Below, piece by piece: positions 55,137 to 64,000 of a stretch of 64,000 nt of DNA (the stretch's first letter is position 1; each line of letters opens with the position of its first letter). Both the position numbers and the translations under genes were made by a program. This DNA is from an uncultured Rivularia sp. (lineage in GTDB: Bacteria; Cyanobacteriota; Cyanobacteriia; Cyanobacteriales; Nostocaceae), in assembly GCA_963665115.1 (NCBI GenBank), contig OY762007.1, forward strand, positions 1,152,001 through 1,216,000, in the 5' to 3' direction. Below the pieces are notes generated by a model. The model made no database searches. It was not told the origin of the DNA and worked only from the letters and a program-made list of their open reading frames with translations.

Positions 55137-56384
55137 CTAAGCAAGCCCCTCAATGACAAAATTCTCTTTGATTTTAATATCCTTGCAAGCTACTTGAATA
55201 CTAAAATATTTACCGAGGGGTAGTTTGAATCGTTTCAATTGAATGTAATTATCGTAACTTCTAGATTCGACAGATTGTAAAGCATTTCCAGATTCGGAAA
55301 GCAAAGTTAATTGCACGTTGTCTGGTAAATAACTTTCCCCGGAAGCTGGATAAAGCTGCACTCGGATACCGACTTTGTTATCAACTTGCGGTGATAAACC
55401 AATTAATAAAGCCACTGATTTACTCTCTAACTGCATCCCCAAATCAATAAGTTTGGCTCCTTTAACACAAACTTCATTTAAAACCGAATCGCTTCTGAAT
55501 TGAAAAGTTCTCGTATCAGTTAAGCCGAATAAATCATCAACAGAACGCCAACCTTCATGAAAAATATTTTCAAACCACGAACTCAAATTATGTACGACTT
55601 TTTGGCTGTTTTCCATAAAATTAACTTGTGAATTTTTTATCCTCTGGTTGTACAAAATAGTACGATATTTTTGCGCCGATAAGATTGCTCCCCATTCTGA
55701 AAATTTCATATATAAGCGAGGTGAATAAACAGTCGGCTTGCTTAATTTTTCTATAATTTGCTTTGCTTGAAACTCCGATAAACTTGGCAAAGTTTGCACT
55801 TGTGGTTGTTCGAGAGTACAAAGCTCCTGGGCAACCCACATAATATCAATATCCGCAATCAAATCGCGGTTGCTTACACAATAAGTTCTATCCATTGAAT
55901 CATATTGTGCTTTTTCACGAATTTGCTGATGGCTAATAAAACCCCAAATTCTTAACCAACCCTCCTCAACATTTAACTGTACCTTCATATAATAATTAGC
56001 AGCCCAATTAGGGATATCAACCCATTCTTGGGGAATGCGAAATTCAGTTGGATAGCTTTGTTCATTTGGAACTAAAACCAATCGAGAACGATCGAAGTTT
56101 AAATCAATTCCATTCACAAATTCACATTGCCGAAATGAATCTTCAGATAGCTCGGGTATCTGCAATTTTTCTAGTAAATCCGGTTCATTCTTTAACAATT
56201 TGACAAAAGTATTTAAACACAAGCGATTTACAAAAACCCTATTTACTTCGGCATCATTTCGATAGTTCTCTTTTACAGTTTGTTGCCATGCTATTTCTCG
56301 TTCTTTAGCTGAAAAATCTACCCATAAATATTCGTGGTAAATTTCTCTCAAATCATCAAATTGCAACATATGACTATTAATCAT
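55137..56384 (-). CDS. DUF1822 family protein (candidate anti-sigma partner)
   Basis: EFRIPQEWVDIPNWAANYY, LSSWFENIFHEGW, GAKLIDLGMQ and VQLYP. Confidence 0.85.
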   Translation of the reverse strand: MINSHMLQFDDLREIYHEYLWVDFSAKEREIAWQQTVKENYRNDAEVNRVFVNRLCLNTFVKLLKNEPDLLEKLQIPELSEDSFRQCEFVNGIDLNFDRSRLVLVPNEQSYPTEFRIPQEWVDIPNWAANYYMKVQLNVEEGWLRIWGFISHQQIREKAQYDSMDRTYCVSNRDLIADIDIMWVAQELCTLEQPQVQTLPSLSEFQAKQIIEKLSKPTVYSPRLYMKFSEWGAILSAQKYRTILYNQRIKNSQVNFMENSQKVVHNLSSWFENIFHEGWRSVDDLFGLTDTRTFQFRSDSVLNEVCVKGAKLIDLGMQLESKSVALLIGLSPQVDNKVGIRVQLYPASGESYLPDNVQLTLLSESGNALQSVESRSYDNYIQLKRFKLPLGKYFSIQVACKDIKIKENFVIEGLA

Positions 56385-56393
56385 TTTAAAAAA

Positions 56394-57923
56394 TTATCCT
56401 TGTTTTAGCTGTATCCATCGATCTACCACATCAACTATTTTGGCATTTACCACAGATAGCGAATCTCTTTGTAAACACATAGTCCTTTCCACGTACTGTT
56501 TGAAACACTCTAAGAATCTAAGCTTTACCGCTGCTGATTCATTTAATTCTTTTAAATCATTATTATAATCTTTAACAATGAAGCTGTTTGGAGATTTAAT
56601 ACTAATAAATATACTTGTTTGTTCTTCATAACTAAACTGTTTAATAATTTCATCCAATATAGAAAAAATCAGTTGCTGGCAATAAAGCTGTAAGCATTTG
56701 TCCAAAGCAGATTTTATTCTTTCAATATCTTTTTCATTATTAAGATAGATATCTGGATTCGTTTTATTCCATTCCGAGGCAAACTCCTTTATAATAGTTC
56801 TACTATATTTTTTTAACTGACGGGCTACTTGATACTGCTTTTGTAAATCAGAATATTTATATTTAAGAAGATTGGCTATTTCAGTTTGAGTTAAATTTAA
56901 GCCCTGCCATAATTTGAAAATCATTTGACATAATTCTGGCATACTCGTAAATAATTTATCAAAAATCGTTTCTAGGTTTTGAAATTCTTCCTGCTGTATT
57001 AATACATCCCATCTAGAAGGTGCGGGATTTGATAAACCGTAATAATCTTCCTCAAAATATAAATATTCCTTGTTACGGTAATTTTTAGCTGCTTTTATAC
57101 AAGTTGAAAGCATTTCTAAAATTGCAATCTTTGTTGCAGGTGGAGAATTAATATTAAATTGATTGCATCGTTGATTATAATAACTAGCAATTTCCGTCAA
57201 TTCATCATGTGAAGGTTTTTGCGCCGAACCCGAACGGCTAGGTGTCATGTGAAAAAGTTCATTAAAACATTGCCAAGCTAAGCGATGTGAAACAACTTGT
57301 TGAGCCGGAATTTGCGCGACTAAAGCATCATTTAATTCTCCAGCACTTAAATCTTTCAATAAACCGTAACTTGAAAATCTTGTTCTTCTCGCTTCCAAAT
57401 CTTGTCGATAGATTTGGTTGCGAATAAATCTTTTAAAAGCAGTTATCGCGTATGCTTCTATATTTATTTGATTACGCTCAAAATTAAAATTATTAAAAAA
57501 CTTGCGTGGTGAATTTGCGGCGATATTTGCTATTTGAAAAAATTCTTCTAAAGAATATTTATGTTTGATATACTTAAATTCATGATGTATATCTTTTGCT
57601 GCTTTAAAACAGGCTTCTTGCAAATAAGCAGAAAAATGTTTTTTAGCCGTAGAGCAACAGCAATCTGGATTAAATTGACGTAAACTTTGATTATTCGACT
57701 GCTCTTGGATAAGTAAAGCTTTTAAAAAATATTGTGCCCAAAAACTTTCCTTAGCATCTGGATCTGCTTCTACTTTTGATCTCATATTTTTTTCAAGCGG
57801 TGCATCGTGCTTCCAACTCAATTGAATTTGAGAATTGTTGGCTGTAAAACAGATAAAGCTAGAAAACTTATCAACTAAATTCTTACGTTTTTTTACAAGC
57901 ATTGATTTTTCCAAAAACATCAA
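56394..57923 (-). CDS. Sigma-70-family (HetZ-like) factor 2
   Basis: VDKFSSF, HFSAYLQEAC and HTH LTQTEIA...KQYQVARQL; homologous to 18288-19482. Confidence 0.78.
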   Translation of the reverse strand: MMFLEKSMLVKKRKNLVDKFSSFICFTANNSQIQLSWKHDAPLEKNMRSKVEADPDAKESFWAQYFLKALLIQEQSNNQSLRQFNPDCCCSTAKKHFSAYLQEACFKAAKDIHHEFKYIKHKYSLEEFFQIANIAANSPRKFFNNFNFERNQINIEAYAITAFKRFIRNQIYRQDLEARRTRFSSYGLLKDLSAGELNDALVAQIPAQQVVSHRLAWQCFNELFHMTPSRSGSAQKPSHDELTEIASYYNQRCNQFNINSPPATKIAILEMLSTCIKAAKNYRNKEYLYFEEDYYGLSNPAPSRWDVLIQQEEFQNLETIFDKLFTSMPELCQMIFKLWQGLNLTQTEIANLLKYKYSDLQKQYQVARQLKKYSRTIIKEFASEWNKTNPDIYLNNEKDIERIKSALDKCLQLYCQQLIFSILDEIIKQFSYEEQTSIFISIKSPNSFIVKDYNNDLKELNESAAVKLRFLECFKQYVERTMCLQRDSLSVVNAKIVDVVDRWIQLKQG

Positions 57924-58058
57924 ACTTCACCATAGAGCCATTTAAATTTTTGCTTCTCCTATATTTATTGATATACAAAGCATCAAATTAACATTTAATT
58001 CATAGAAGTTAACAATTACTTACTGTACTTCGCACGCTCGCCAAGCGTTACATATATT

Positions 58059-58087
58059 TATGGGCACCCAGATAAATCGGTTATGCA
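58059..58087 (-). promoter_or_regulatory. Candidate bipartite promoter TGCATAA-N16-CCCATA upstream of sigma gene 2
   Basis: Minus strand TGCATAACCGATTTATCTGGGTGCCCATA. Confidence 0.62.
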
Positions 58088-58480
58088 GTTTTAAAGAATT
58101 TTTCTCAAAACAGATCGAATATCAAGCTAAAACTCCGTGCAACCATCGGTGTTTTTTTGAAATAACTGTAGTTAAGTAAAATTATTCGTCTCGATTTCTT
58201 TGATGCTGCCAAAGTTGCTAATTCTTTTAACCCGTCTGGTTTTGAATAAAAAAACCGCTATCTGATGATAGCGGTAAAGGAGTTGTAAAAAAATTCAGTA
58301 ATTGTAAGTTGGGTTAGATACTTTTCTAATTTGAGGTTTTATTTCCGAATCCATATAGCGTTGTAACCTAACATCTTGCAGGTATATCCTAACGGTGGCG
58401 TTGGGTTACGACATCATGAGTAAAGATATTTGTAATAATCAAGATTGATTTTGGTGTCTAACTCAACCTACGAACTTTTT

Positions 58481-59308
58481 TTATTCTCCGTAATAGTCAA
58501 CCGAGCCGTAATCATACAGTACATCACCGAGAGTGCTATTCATGCTGCCTTCGATTGAAAGCTGAAGAGGTAATAATGCGTCACCCACAGCTGTATTTTG
58601 TGGAGTTTCTTTTTCAACAACTCCTAACCAACCAGTATCATCGTATTCAACATCAACTAATTCCCATCCTTGATTCGCGAATTTTTGTCGAAAATTTCCT
58701 ACAAGTTCATCAAAAGTATCTCCGCCGATTGCACCACTTGTAATACTAGAATCTTGTTGAAAAGTTCCAAACCAAATACCATCACCGTATTCAATATCAA
58801 TTAAGTCATATCCGTTATTCGACATATTTTGAATATCTTCTTTAAATTCACCATTACTACTAGCTGTTTCATAAGCATTAAGCCCAGGAACATCACTAAA
58901 AGTTCCAAACCAGATACCATCACCGTATTCAACATCAACTAATTCATATCCTTGATTCCATAACTGCGAAATATCTTGTGTAAGTTCGGTAAGACTATTT
59001 GCGATGCTATAGTTGTTAGCACCAGAATTTTCTTCAAAAGTTCCAAACCAGACACCATCATCGCCGTATTCAACGTCAGTTAAGCGATATCCTCCTACTT
59101 GCCACTGTTGTTGAACTATTTGTCCGAGTTCCGAAGCACTGCTTGCAGGGGCAAAACCAGTATTATTAGGTGTGTCTTGATACGATGCAATCCATTTACC
59201 GTCACCATATGTAGTACCGATTAAATCATATCCTTCACTCAAACTTACTAGTATTCCTTGTTGAAATTCCTCAAGATTTTCGCTGATAGAGTAAACATTA
59301 TTAGCCAT
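58481..59308 (-). CDS. Acidic tandem-repeat protein (five units of about 47 aa, BTRD1-like)
   Basis: Repeated GY(E/D)L(V/I)D(V/I)EYGDG(I/V)WFGTF. The family name is tentative. Confidence 0.75.
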   Translation of the reverse strand: MANNVYSISENLEEFQQGILVSLSEGYDLIGTTYGDGKWIASYQDTPNNTGFAPASSASELGQIVQQQWQVGGYRLTDVEYGDDGVWFGTFEENSGANNYSIANSLTELTQDISQLWNQGYELVDVEYGDGIWFGTFSDVPGLNAYETASSNGEFKEDIQNMSNNGYDLIDIEYGDGIWFGTFQQDSSITSGAIGGDTFDELVGNFRQKFANQGWELVDVEYDDTGWLGVVEKETPQNTAVGDALLPLQLSIEGSMNSTLGDVLYDYGSVDYYGE

Positions 59309-59583
59309 AATTTTGATCCTATATTTTGAAGTTTTAAAGATTAGCTCAAACCAAGCGACGAACTAGCACTCAGTCTTTTCGCTGTTGATAATATACACTT
59401 TAGATCGAGTTCAAATATTAAGCATTACACTTTTATGCATACTGGAGTGTAGTTTTGGGAAAAGAGCGATCGCACCATTGCACAAAACTATATTGCAATT
59501 GTTACCTTATGTAAGATTTGATTTATCTATCAGGCTATGTTAAGTATCATAAAATATATTTTGATCGGTATATAAGCGTAGCT

Positions 59584-62500
59584 ATGTGCATAAAAAGCAG
59601 GTTTTATAAGGGTTTGCGGTTAGGTTTAACAGGAATTACTAGCTGTGTAAGTGTACTTTTAATTACAAATCAAACCCTGGCACAGCAAAGTAATATTGTT
59701 CCCGACAACACTTTGGGTGTAGAAAATTCTCGTTTAAACCGCGATGTTTTGATTAATGGGATTAATGCAGACACTATTGATGGTGGAGCAACACGGAATA
59801 GCAATCTTTTTCACAGTTTCAACGAGTTTAATATTAACAATGGGCAAACAGTATATTTTCTTAACCCTGCTGGTATCGAGAATATCTTGACACGGGTAAC
59901 TGGTGGGAATGCATCGAATATTTTTGGCACTTTGGGAGTTGATGGTGCTGCGAATTTGTTTTTGATTAATCCCAACGGAATTGTATTTGGAGAAAATGCC
60001 AGTTTAGATTTACAAGGCTCGTTTGTGGGAACAACTGCTTCGGGATTGCAGTTTGGTGAACAAGGTAATTTTAGCGCTACAAATCCGGAAGTACCTGGTA
60101 GTTTAACCATTAATCCTTCGGCTTTATTTTTCAATCAAGTAGAAGCGAGTGGGGGAATTATTAATAATTCTCAAGCATTCGCAGAGATAAATCCCTATGG
60201 ATTTGAAACTACAGGATTAAGAGTTCCTAATGGTAAAAGTTTATTGTTAGTGGGTGGTGAGATTAATTTAGATGGTGGAAATTTAACAGCTGACGAAGGA
60301 AATATTGAATTAGCTTCTGTAGCTGCACCGGGAAAGGTAGGATTAAATATTTCAGGTGATACTTTTAGTTTAAATATTCCGAAAGATGTGGATTATGGAG
60401 ATATTTCTTTAGCGAATGAATCTTATTTAAGTGTTTTTGGTGCAGGTGGGGGAAATATTGAAATAAATGCTGGTAATTTAGAGATTTCCGATTCAATTAT
60501 ATTAGCTGGACTGAGCGAAGATTCAATAAATCCTAATGTGAAAACTGGAGAGATTAATATTAATGCAACTGGTTCAATTGAACTTAAAAATGATGCTTTG
60601 ATTAATAATGCTATTCAAGGTAAAGGAAATGCTGGTGATATAAATATTAATGCTGGTGAAAGTATTTCCTTAAATGGAAATGGTACTGTATTTTTAAATA
60701 GTGTAAACGATGATTTAATTACTGGCATCATTAGTTTTGTTGCAGACGAAGCTGTAGGTAATGCAAGTAATATTCAATTAACTACAGGTACTCTTTCTGT
60801 TAATAATGGGGCTTTTATTAGTACCCGTATTTTTGGTAAAGGAAACGCAGGTAATATTACTATTAATGCTCGCGACGCTGTTAGATTTGACAAATATGGT
60901 AATGCTGGTACTGATACTTTGCTTAATGCAGTTGGTAAAGGCGGAGATATTCGGGTTTTTACCGGAACTTTATCGTTGACTGAGGGAGGTCAATTAACTA
61001 CCAACGCATTTGGAAAAGGAAATGCAGGTAATATTTATATAGAAGCTCGCGATAGCGTTAATTTGGATGGTTTTTTATTAATTTCAAATATAACGGGAAT
61101 AGATACTAGTATATTTGATATAGGTGGTGTTCCTGTTTTGAGCGGTATTCAAAGTAATTTATTAATAGGTACGGGTAAAAGTGGAGATATTCAAATCAAC
61201 ACGGGTTCTCTTTTAGTAAACAATTTGGCGGGTATATTAGCTAGTACAAATGGAAATGGAAATGCTGGCAATATCACTATAAATGCTCGCGATACTGTTA
61301 CCTTTAGCGAATTAGGAAATGCTCAAAGTATATCTAGTATTAATGCGACTGGGAATGGTGCTGATATACGTATTACCGCAGGTGAATTGTTATTAAAAGA
61401 CGGTGGTTTTTTTCAAACAGCTAGTATTGAAAAAGGAAATGCAGGTAATATCTTTCTGGATGTCCGAGACACAATTACTGTGGATGGTTTTTCACGAAAT
61501 CGAATAGCACCAAGTGCAGTCAATGCTTATGCAAATAATGGTAATGCAGGAAATATTGATGTAAAAACTGGTTCGCTATTTTTAACTGACGGTGGTTTCA
61601 TGGCTGCTTTTCTAATCGGTAAAAATAACGATGAAAACATTGCAAACGCCGGTAATATCACAATTAATGCTCGCGATAAAGTTAAGATAGATGGTGAAGT
61701 AAGCAGTTTACAAAGTAGTTTAGTTAGTGGATTTGGGAAAGCAGGTAATATCCAAATTACAGCAGATTCGTTTTCTATTAGTAATAATGGTGAAATTAAT
61801 AGCACTACGAGTGGAGAGGGTAACGCTGGAAATATTACATTTAACGCGAATGTTTTTGAAGCTGTTAACGGTGGACGAATTACTACCACTACCTTGAGTA
61901 ACGGTGATGCTGGTACTATCAACCTCAATATTAAAGATAAAATTACTTTGTCTGGAAGCGAATTGCCGACGGGTTTATTTGCCAGTACTGCTCCTAACTC
62001 TGGCGGAAAAGGCGGTTCCATTAATATCGATCCGCGCTTAGTAATTATAGAAAACGGAGCAGCGGTATCGGTTGGTAGCGATGGAAGCGGAGATGCAGGG
62101 AATATCACATTACAAGCAGGAACTCTGCAATTAAATAACGGTTTTATCACTGCTCAAACAGCAAGCACCCAAGGTGGTGATATCAACTTACAAATAAGCG
62201 ACTTATTATTACTCCGCAACGAAAGCCAAATCACCACTACAGCAGGAACAGCACAAGCTGGGGGAGATGGTGGAAACATCGATATCAATTCTAAATTTAT
62301 CGTCGCACCACAAAACGAAAACAGCGATATCACCGCAAATGCTTTCACTGGTAATGGTGGTAAAGTTAATATCAATAGTAGCGGTATTTTTGGTATTGAA
62401 AGACAGCAAGATGTAACCGGAAAAAGCGATATTACTGCAAGTTCTCGACTTGGTATTTCTGGTGAAACAAATATCAACGCAGACGATACAAGTTCAATTC

Positions 62501-62793
62501 AAAATAGCTTTACCGAACTTCCTCCAAACATCGACACCGACGCAATAATTGCTAATAGCTGTATAGCAAGAAGTAGTCAAAAACAAGAAAACTCTTTTAC
62601 GAATACGGGTACTGGTGGTTTAGCTAGCAATCGTCCCCCCGGTAACGTTTTGGTTTCTAATTACGCAACTGGTGAAGTTAGGAATATTGACGCTAAAAAT
62701 CAAGATTGGAAAAAAGGGGATGCGATTGTTGAACCCCAAGGGTTGTATCGGATGGAAAATGGGGAATTATTATTAAGTCGGGAGTGTAATTAA
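59584..62793 (+). CDS. Filamentous-haemagglutinin N-terminal (TpsA) beta-helix protein
   Basis: Signal peptide, NIVPDNTLG, NLFHSF, NPNGI, repeated GNAGNITINA and ENSDITANAF. Confidence 0.92.
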   Translation: MCIKSRFYKGLRLGLTGITSCVSVLLITNQTLAQQSNIVPDNTLGVENSRLNRDVLINGINADTIDGGATRNSNLFHSFNEFNINNGQTVYFLNPAGIENILTRVTGGNASNIFGTLGVDGAANLFLINPNGIVFGENASLDLQGSFVGTTASGLQFGEQGNFSATNPEVPGSLTINPSALFFNQVEASGGIINNSQAFAEINPYGFETTGLRVPNGKSLLLVGGEINLDGGNLTADEGNIELASVAAPGKVGLNISGDTFSLNIPKDVDYGDISLANESYLSVFGAGGGNIEINAGNLEISDSIILAGLSEDSINPNVKTGEININATGSIELKNDALINNAIQGKGNAGDININAGESISLNGNGTVFLNSVNDDLITGIISFVADEAVGNASNIQLTTGTLSVNNGAFISTRIFGKGNAGNITINARDAVRFDKYGNAGTDTLLNAVGKGGDIRVFTGTLSLTEGGQLTTNAFGKGNAGNIYIEARDSVNLDGFLLISNITGIDTSIFDIGGVPVLSGIQSNLLIGTGKSGDIQINTGSLLVNNLAGILASTNGNGNAGNITINARDTVTFSELGNAQSISSINATGNGADIRITAGELLLKDGGFFQTASIEKGNAGNIFLDVRDTITVDGFSRNRIAPSAVNAYANNGNAGNIDVKTGSLFLTDGGFMAAFLIGKNNDENIANAGNITINARDKVKIDGEVSSLQSSLVSGFGKAGNIQITADSFSISNNGEINSTTSGEGNAGNITFNANVFEAVNGGRITTTTLSNGDAGTINLNIKDKITLSGSELPTGLFASTAPNSGGKGGSINIDPRLVIIENGAAVSVGSDGSGDAGNITLQAGTLQLNNGFITAQTASTQGGDINLQISDLLLLRNESQITTTAGTAQAGGDGGNIDINSKFIVAPQNENSDITANAFTGNGGKVNINSSGIFGIERQQDVTGKSDITASSRLGISGETNINADDTSSIQNSFTELPPNIDTDAIIANSCIARSSQKQENSFTNTGTGGLASNRPPGNVLVSNYATGEVRNIDAKNQDWKKGDAIVEPQGLYRMENGELLLSRECN

Positions 62794-62943
62794 AGGTTCG
62801 TTCGTAGTTGCGCTTTAGCGCCAAATGTGTACAACGAAGACAGCGCAACTACGAACATATTTTTATTAATAGATAATGCGTTACGGCATAATTTAATTAA
62901 TAACTTTGCATTAAATTTATTCAACCCGTAACACACCCTATAA

Positions 62944-64000
62944 CCCACATTCCGCACCCTAAGTTTCAGAGGTAGGCGAAAACAGATTATTTAGTACTTT
63001 GATACTACTAGTTACAAGTTTTAAAAAGGAACTATTAATAATAAATTGCATTAGTGTTGATACATAGTTACTAAAAAGATTTTGAGGATAAATGCTTTCT
63101 TGAAGTTACATGAAAGAGTAAAAATAATTTATAACGAACAAAAAATGTCAAAATGAAAGCAGAAATCTCCCCCCGCCAGTTCTGTCTGCCATGTTTGATA
63201 TTAAAGACGTTGAAATAAAGAACATAGACCATTTGGGTATAGTAGCAGGGATAATAGATTCGATTGGGTTAGTAGAAATAATTAACGAGTCCATCGGTGT
63301 AAATGAAAACGAAAAAGTTAATGCTGGACAAGTTGTAAAAGCAATGATTTTAAATGGCTTAGGATTTGTTTCTAAGCCTTTATATATGTTTCCCAAATAC
63401 TTTGAGTCAATCCCTTGCGAGCATTTAATAGGTTCTGGAGTAAAAGCAGAATACTTAAATGACGATAAACTCGGTAGAGTAATGGATAAATTATTTATTA
63501 AAGGGCTTGATTCAATATTTTTGTCAATTACTTTAAATGTCATTAAAAAATTCAAAATATCTTTATCGACATCACATTTAGACTCATCATCTATGCACTT
63601 ACATGGAGAACATAATTCAAGCTTACCTGAAGTAGTATTTGATTCTCAAAAGGTAGAAAATAACGATCTGGAAGAAGAACTAAAAACTAAATCATTACAA
63701 CCAATAAATATTACATACGGATACTCTCGCGACCATAGACCAGATTTGAAGCAATTTTTAATAGAACTAATATGTAGTGATGATGGAGATATACCAATAT
63801 TCTTGAAATCAGCATCTGGTAATATTGTTGATTCTTCATGTTTTGGTCAAATTTTAGTTGATTATAAAAAACAACTACAAGTTGATAGTTTAATGGTTGC
63901 TGATTGTGCGCTATATACAGAACAAAATATCAAATTAATGTCAGAGATGAAGTGGCTATGTCGAGTACCTTTGAGTATTAAAGAAGCAAAGTTATTAACA
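62944..64000 (+). mobile_element. IS1634-family insertion sequence (left part)
   Basis: Putative left end CCCACATTCCGCA at about 62944, next to a REP-like unit; the transposase lies downstream. Confidence 0.75.
63191..64000 (+). CDS. IS1634-family DDE transposase, truncated by the window edge (not in the ORF track)
   Basis: Open frame MFDIKDVEIKNIDHLGIVAGIID...LNDDKLGRVMD...HLDSSS...ITYGYSRDHRPDLKQF...VADCALY. Confidence 0.92.
   Translation, partial: MFDIKDVEIKNIDHLGIVAGIIDSIGLVEIINESIGVNENEKVNAGQVVKAMILNGLGFVSKPLYMFPKYFESIPCEHLIGSGVKAEYLNDDKLGRVMDKLFIKGLDSIFLSITLNVIKKFKISLSTSHLDSSSMHLHGEHNSSLPEVVFDSQKVENNDLEEELKTKSLQPINITYGYSRDHRPDLKQFLIELICSDDGDIPIFLKSASGNIVDSSCFGQILVDYKKQLQVDSLMVADCALYTEQNIKLMSEMKWLCRVPLSIKEAKLLT

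Noticed and set aside
63148..63555. 135-aa minus-strand ORF
   Set aside because: It is the antisense shadow of the IS1634 transposase.

Overview
AT-rich chromosomal DNA from a filamentous cyanobacterium, probably Nostocales (Rivularia/Calothrix-like). This rests on frequent HIP1 GCGATCGC sites, heptamer STRR tracts and many palindromic REP/MITE-like elements; the genus is an inference. 1-16 kb holds a dedicated tryptophan-supply cluster (aroF, fused trpEG, trpA, trpB, trpD) mixed with oxidative enzymes (cytochrome c peroxidase/MauG-like, flavin amino-acid oxidase, ABM monooxygenase, Tat-exported GMC oxidase) and a porin, which looks like part of an indole-metabolite gene cluster. Two separate modules each pair a large sigma-70-like factor with a DUF1822 protein and a caspase-clan protease with an intact His-Cys dyad. 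Module 1 (17-27 kb) also has two heme-c/HAMP sensors, a PhnD-like protein and an MFS-FHA fusion. Module 2 (47.8-62.8 kb) has a CHAT-CHASE2 receptor, DUF928, two TpsA/FHA proteins and a small Cys-rich protein. A bipartite motif, TGCATAA-N15/16-CC(T/C)A, recurs at near-fixed spacing upstream of about nine genes, including the Trp cluster and the sigma genes, suggesting a protease-gated sigma regulon. The middle of the window carries an FGE/CLec paralog array, a GNAT plus small ORF pair, Ig-repeat, LRV, pentapeptide-WD40 and MoxR/vWA genes, dinB and an antiporter. An IS1634 element runs off the right edge. Eight genes are frameshifted, five by an extra C at GGNCC sites, which points to sequencing error rather than pseudogenes.
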